Shown here: positions 59,735 to 64,000 of the stretch, piece after piece
Layout: each line of letters starts with the position of its first letter
How positions within the stretch are numbered: position 1 is the stretch's first letter
Source of the DNA: Epiperipatus broadwayi
Lineage: Eukaryota; Animalia; Onychophora
DNA length: 64,000 bases
Assembly: GCA_028023455.1 (NCBI GenBank)
Contig: JAQFVV010000007.1
Span: forward strand, 9,362,001-9,426,000
Direction of reading: 5' to 3'
Made by a program: the position numbers and the translations under genes
The notes under the pieces: model-generated
What the model saw: only the letters and a program-made list of their open reading frames with translations
Databases searched by the model: none
Told to the model about the DNA's origin: nothing

Positions 59735-60993
59735 GGTTGTGTTCTGTTCTATCGGGTCAGCCACATGATGGTGTTGGTGCTAAGCAAAAACACATAGATA
59801 TAATGTTCCTGGGCCAGTGATTCTATAGAACTATTGACTTTATTTTTGGAATAGAAAATAAAAGTAAATTATATTACAATTTATACAAAATTAAAAAATT
59901 TAAACAAAATTAAAAGTGTAAGCTGACTTTTTGGACTTTTTTGGACAGTAATTAATCAGAGACTGGCTTTGTGTGTGTGTGTTGATAAAAAATTACATTA
60001 TTTTTTAATAGCAAATAATAATACATTAGAGACTTTTTTTGACAGTCATTAATCAGAGACCGGCTTTTTTGGGTAAATTATATTACAACTTCAACACAAA
60101 ATTTACAAATTCAAACAAATTTTGTTTAAAATGAAAGCTGCCTTTGACTTTTTGGGACAGTAATTAATCAGAGAGTGGCATTTTTTTTGTGTGTATATAA
60201 AATCTTTTTAATAGCAAAGAATAGTAAATATCAGAAACTTTTTTGGATAGTAATTAATCAGAGACTGGCTTCTTTGAGTGTGTGTGTGTGTGTGGATAGA
60301 AAAAGTTACATACTTTTCTAATAAAAAATAAAAGTAATTTTTTTTTGAACAGTAATTAATCAGACATTGCATTTTGAGGAAAAGTACATTCCAATTTACT
60401 CCAATAAAGTTAATAATTATAACAAACTATTAAAATGAAAACCGACTCCAGTGTCTGGTAATTTCCAATTTTCAGAGTTCTAAGCAGCCATCTTATTTGT
60501 CTTGGATGATTTCTCATGTATATGTTACTTTCATTGGGAACTTTGAAATAATCCTGTGCTGCACCCTAAAATCTAATTTCTGAGGATTACACAATCCTGA
60601 TGGAACAATCATGTCACTGTTAAAATTGTTACAAGGTACCAGTAGGTCAGTTCACATGAAAAAAAAGATGTTGGATCTGAAAAGATCAATTATTTAGACA
60701 CGATGCAGTCAACACACCCTCACATGATACTGTAGTGAAAATAGACAACCCAGCATTATGATAAAGTGTGTAACACAAGCAACTATGGCAGCCAATGAAG
60801 GCATTTTTCTGTGGTTTTAGCATAGAAAGAAGCCACAGTGGTAGCCAGCAGTCGAGTAATTTCTGTATTTTCTCATAGAAAGGCTATTGGCTTGTCTTTG
60901 ACTGTGGAAACAGCATATTTCTAGGAATTTAGCTACGAATTTAGCTTGAAATAGCACCATCAAGTGGCTAACATGATAGAACAGAACACAACC
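59735..60993. mobile_element. Non-autonomous DNA-transposon-like element with ~40-bp TIRs
   Basis: GGTTGTGTTCTGTTCTATC..AGCCAC.TGATGGTG at 59735-59774 and its reverse complement at ~60953-60993. No transposase ORF and no clear TSD. Confidence 0.7.
59920..60375. repeat. Internal minisatellite, ~90-115-bp unit x 5 with (TG)n
   Basis: GACAGTAATTAATCAGAGACTGGC recurs near 59944, 60041, 60157, 60246 and 60348. Confidence 0.85.
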
Positions 60994-61765
60994 AAAGATT
61001 ATATTTCTTTCTATATTGTTTGTATGTGTATATGTTCAATGCATGTGTAATAATAGTAAAACATTGGTAGAAATATAATTTAATATTTTTATAACAAATA
61101 TTTAATAACTTCATAATAGCATACTTTCAGCTTGTCTCAAGAAAGCCAATGTTTTATATTAGACTGAAAACATGCTTTAATAGTGCTAGTAAGTTTTCAG
61201 CACTCTAAATTAACATTTATGATACGTAGCAACATATTTTTCTATTCACCACAAAAATTTTGAAGTACTAATATGTCTGGATCATGAAGTATAACTTTAA
61301 CTGTGACAGTATGTTTGGCATTTTATAGATTGTCTTTAAAGCTCTATATGAAATCTTGCAAACCACATGAAAACATTCTTCACATGTCCATACTGCACTA
61401 TACAGTTTGAATAATTTCAACTGTTACAGTAGTATTTTTGCCTAATTTAAAACAAAATTTAATATTAGCACATTGGTTGAAACACTGTCACATTTAATGT
61501 TATAACTCATGATCTCCAGACATCCTAGTATCTTAAAATTTTCATGGTGAATAGCTAAACTGGGTTATTATATAGAACATGTGAAAATGCTGCCAGAAAC
61601 TTTAAGAGACACCAGTAATCAGTCATCTTTTCACTGGGATACCCTGGATATTGTTATAAAACTTTTAATTGTATTTTATTACAAGTTGGAAAGTAAATAA
61701 ATCATATATAAATGAACCTGAATAATATATATATATATAATCAAGTCATATACCACATGACTTAT

Positions 61766-62042
61766 TGTAACGGGTTGGGGGATTACTCAGGAGAGAGGGG
61801 GAGTGCATCTTACTATGATCAGACTTTGGATCTTCAGATAGGATTCAAATGATTATGCAATGAAATACATAACCTATGATTGTATCTACTTCCAATAGAC
61901 TAGCTCTGTATGTTTTTATAAACTTAGAGACAATTTGAGTTAGTTCATCCAGTTCTCACCCCTTCCTGGTTCCATTATACCACAGTATTCAAACTCAGGA
62001 AATAAATTGCTATAGTCTTTCTTAACAGGGGATGAAATTACA
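61766..62042 (+). mobile_element. Possible solo LTR (277 bp)
   Basis: Begins TGTAA and ends TTACA, with AATAAA near the 3' end and higher GC than its flanks. No TSD found. Confidence 0.3.
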
Positions 62043-62748
62043 CTGGTCAGTGACTATTGCATCTCTGTATAAATGATGATTGATTATCCAAACTCTTTAA
62101 ATATTCTCTAGTATCACTGCTCGTAGAATAAGTTTTGTGTGTGCGTGTACATATTCAAGGTTATTATACTAATTGGTGTGAATACCTATTTGTGATGATA
62201 CTAGTAATAGTAATGATGATGAGATACATAATAATGATCTAGAGACCAAATTAAAATAAATTCTGTAATATTTATTGAATGACAACAAAAAAATAAAAAA
62301 TAATTTAACAATAGTGAGTTACATAATCAGCTATGTCAAGGATGAGCTTCTATCATATTGTTATTTAAAATAATGAAAATTCTTATCCATAACCCATGGT
62401 AGAAATTCATGTACTTGTTACCGATTATTTACAAATGTACACACATAAAAAATAATAATTTTATAAGACCATGAATCTGACTGGCTAAATCAATATTATT
62501 TAAGATGCATTTAAATTATTATTCTTTCCCAGTTCATGTTGATAGTTATCAATCTTATTGGGGACCCTTCCTTATCTATGAATACCTCCAATGTTAATAG
62601 AAATAATGTTCGTGTAAAAATGTTAGTCAATTATACAGAAAAATGAAAAATAAACATAACAAAATATTAGTGAATGATAACAAATAACAAAAAATTCTGT
62701 CCTTCATTTAATGCACATACTTAATGTGAGATATTTTCAAATTCTTAC

Positions 62749-62807
62749 CTCTTTTCATTCCCCATTAGTACGTCAGAGTCATATTGGTGATGGGAGAGCA
62801 AACTGAC
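62749..62807 (-). CDS. Candidate 59-nt exon (VSLLSHHQYDSDVLMGNEK)
   Basis: Acceptor TTAG at 62808, strong donor AG|GTAAGA at 62748 and one open frame. No homology recognised. Confidence 0.25.
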
Positions 62808-64000
62808 CTAATTTTTTTTAATAAAAAAAATGCTTAATTAAACCTTAACTGCTTTCCATCTTTCTTATTCTTAAAATGAACTTTTCTGAAATTCAGACAT
62901 TTCTGCTTACAAGTATAGAAATGAAAATAATAATAATAATAATAATAATAACAATAATAGAAAACAAAAATCAAACTTTCCAATCAATTATGTTGATTAA
63001 TGACTGATGAGTTTGCTGGGAATGTCTTTCATATTATTAGTCCTTTTTTTTTTAAGATCGATCTCCTTGGATAATGATAACATACTGTTCCTTCAGAAAG
63101 TGGTATAATCATGCTTGGAACAATAGGACATCACTCTATTACAGTTGATTTCTCTTGGTTCATACACAGGCATTTCTCCAAAGACAGTAGATGTTTCTTT
63201 AGGCTTTGTGGCAATAGACAAGTGAAGTCACTGTGCTTTCATAGCTCCAGAAACTGTTTGCCCCTATGGCATTGTTACTTTAGCCAAAAAACATTGTACA
63301 GTGATCTATATCATATACAGATTTTAAGTAATTCCAGTTTAGCATTTAATAACGATATATATATATAAGAATTGTTTTGTGTCCTTTCCTTAGTTATTAA
63401 TGACTATTTACTTTCTTTCTCCTCATGCGCAAATAGAGTTAATGTTTCTTAAAATAAAATAAATTATTTACTTCTTTAAGTTGAATGATTTACCTATTAA
63501 TTTTGAATTTAATTGCTGGTTTGGCTTTCTAAGTACTTCAGCGCTATTCAAAATCTATTTCATTTCAAATATATAAGTCCATTTTATAGCATTTGAATTT
63601 ACATATAAAGAAGTTGACTTTTATTTAGTGAAAGCATTGTTTTAAAAAAAGGATGAAGTTTCGAACTGTTTTTATACAATATTCAGTTTGAAAATGAAAT
63701 TAATTCATTTCTGACTGTTGGTGTGTTGAATCTTGCATTTCTTTATATGCTGATATGATTTCCTATTGTTGTAGTAGATTTTATTTATAGAAATTGGACT
63801 AAAACAATTATTTATTGAAGTTTTAATTTTGTTTCTACAGTTGGTCACCTAGTGACTGATTTGAGATTAGGTCATTATTTTATGCATTTCCTCAAACATC
63901 TTTATTATTGTTCTGGTTTAGTTTGTAATGTACAACATTGATGTTAGGCTACATATATATTTGACTGAATTTTTTAGAATGTTTAGTTTGAGTACTTATA

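Noticed and set aside
63111-63368. 85-aa ORF and the other short AT-rich ORFs in the track as genes
   Set aside because: No recognisable domains, low-complexity composition, and many are antisense shadows of repeats (e.g. 3685-3888, 49703-49954, 55722-55904).

Overview
AT-rich eukaryotic genomic DNA, probably invertebrate (inference). It is mostly intronic or intergenic and contains no complete protein-coding gene. Two plausible minus-strand first coding exons (11205-11296, signal-peptide-like; 35618-35845, beside a CpG-rich promoter) lie among many decayed retroelements: several RTE-type LINE fragments, a ~3.2 kb APE-RT LINE relic, tRNA-derived SINEs, a Penelope-like element (PLE) relic with RT-thumb and GIY-YIG remnants, two tandem arrays and a TIR element. 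The standout signal is about 20 hammerhead-ribozyme (HHR) core motifs, intact or decayed, in at least four unrelated non-coding repeat families. Family A is a ~455-bp circularly permuted monomer with a type I HHR, present in at least nine insertions. These are typically tail-out inverted duplications flanked by 11-14 bp target-site duplications (TSDs) and ending at two fixed positions. The same tail-out geometry occurs in a second HHR family (B), in a tRNA-headed SINE and in the PLE relic itself. The inferred system is a set of retrozyme-like non-autonomous elements mobilised by PLE machinery, possibly from circular RNA templates. All coordinates and alignments were read by eye, and no folding program or database search was run.
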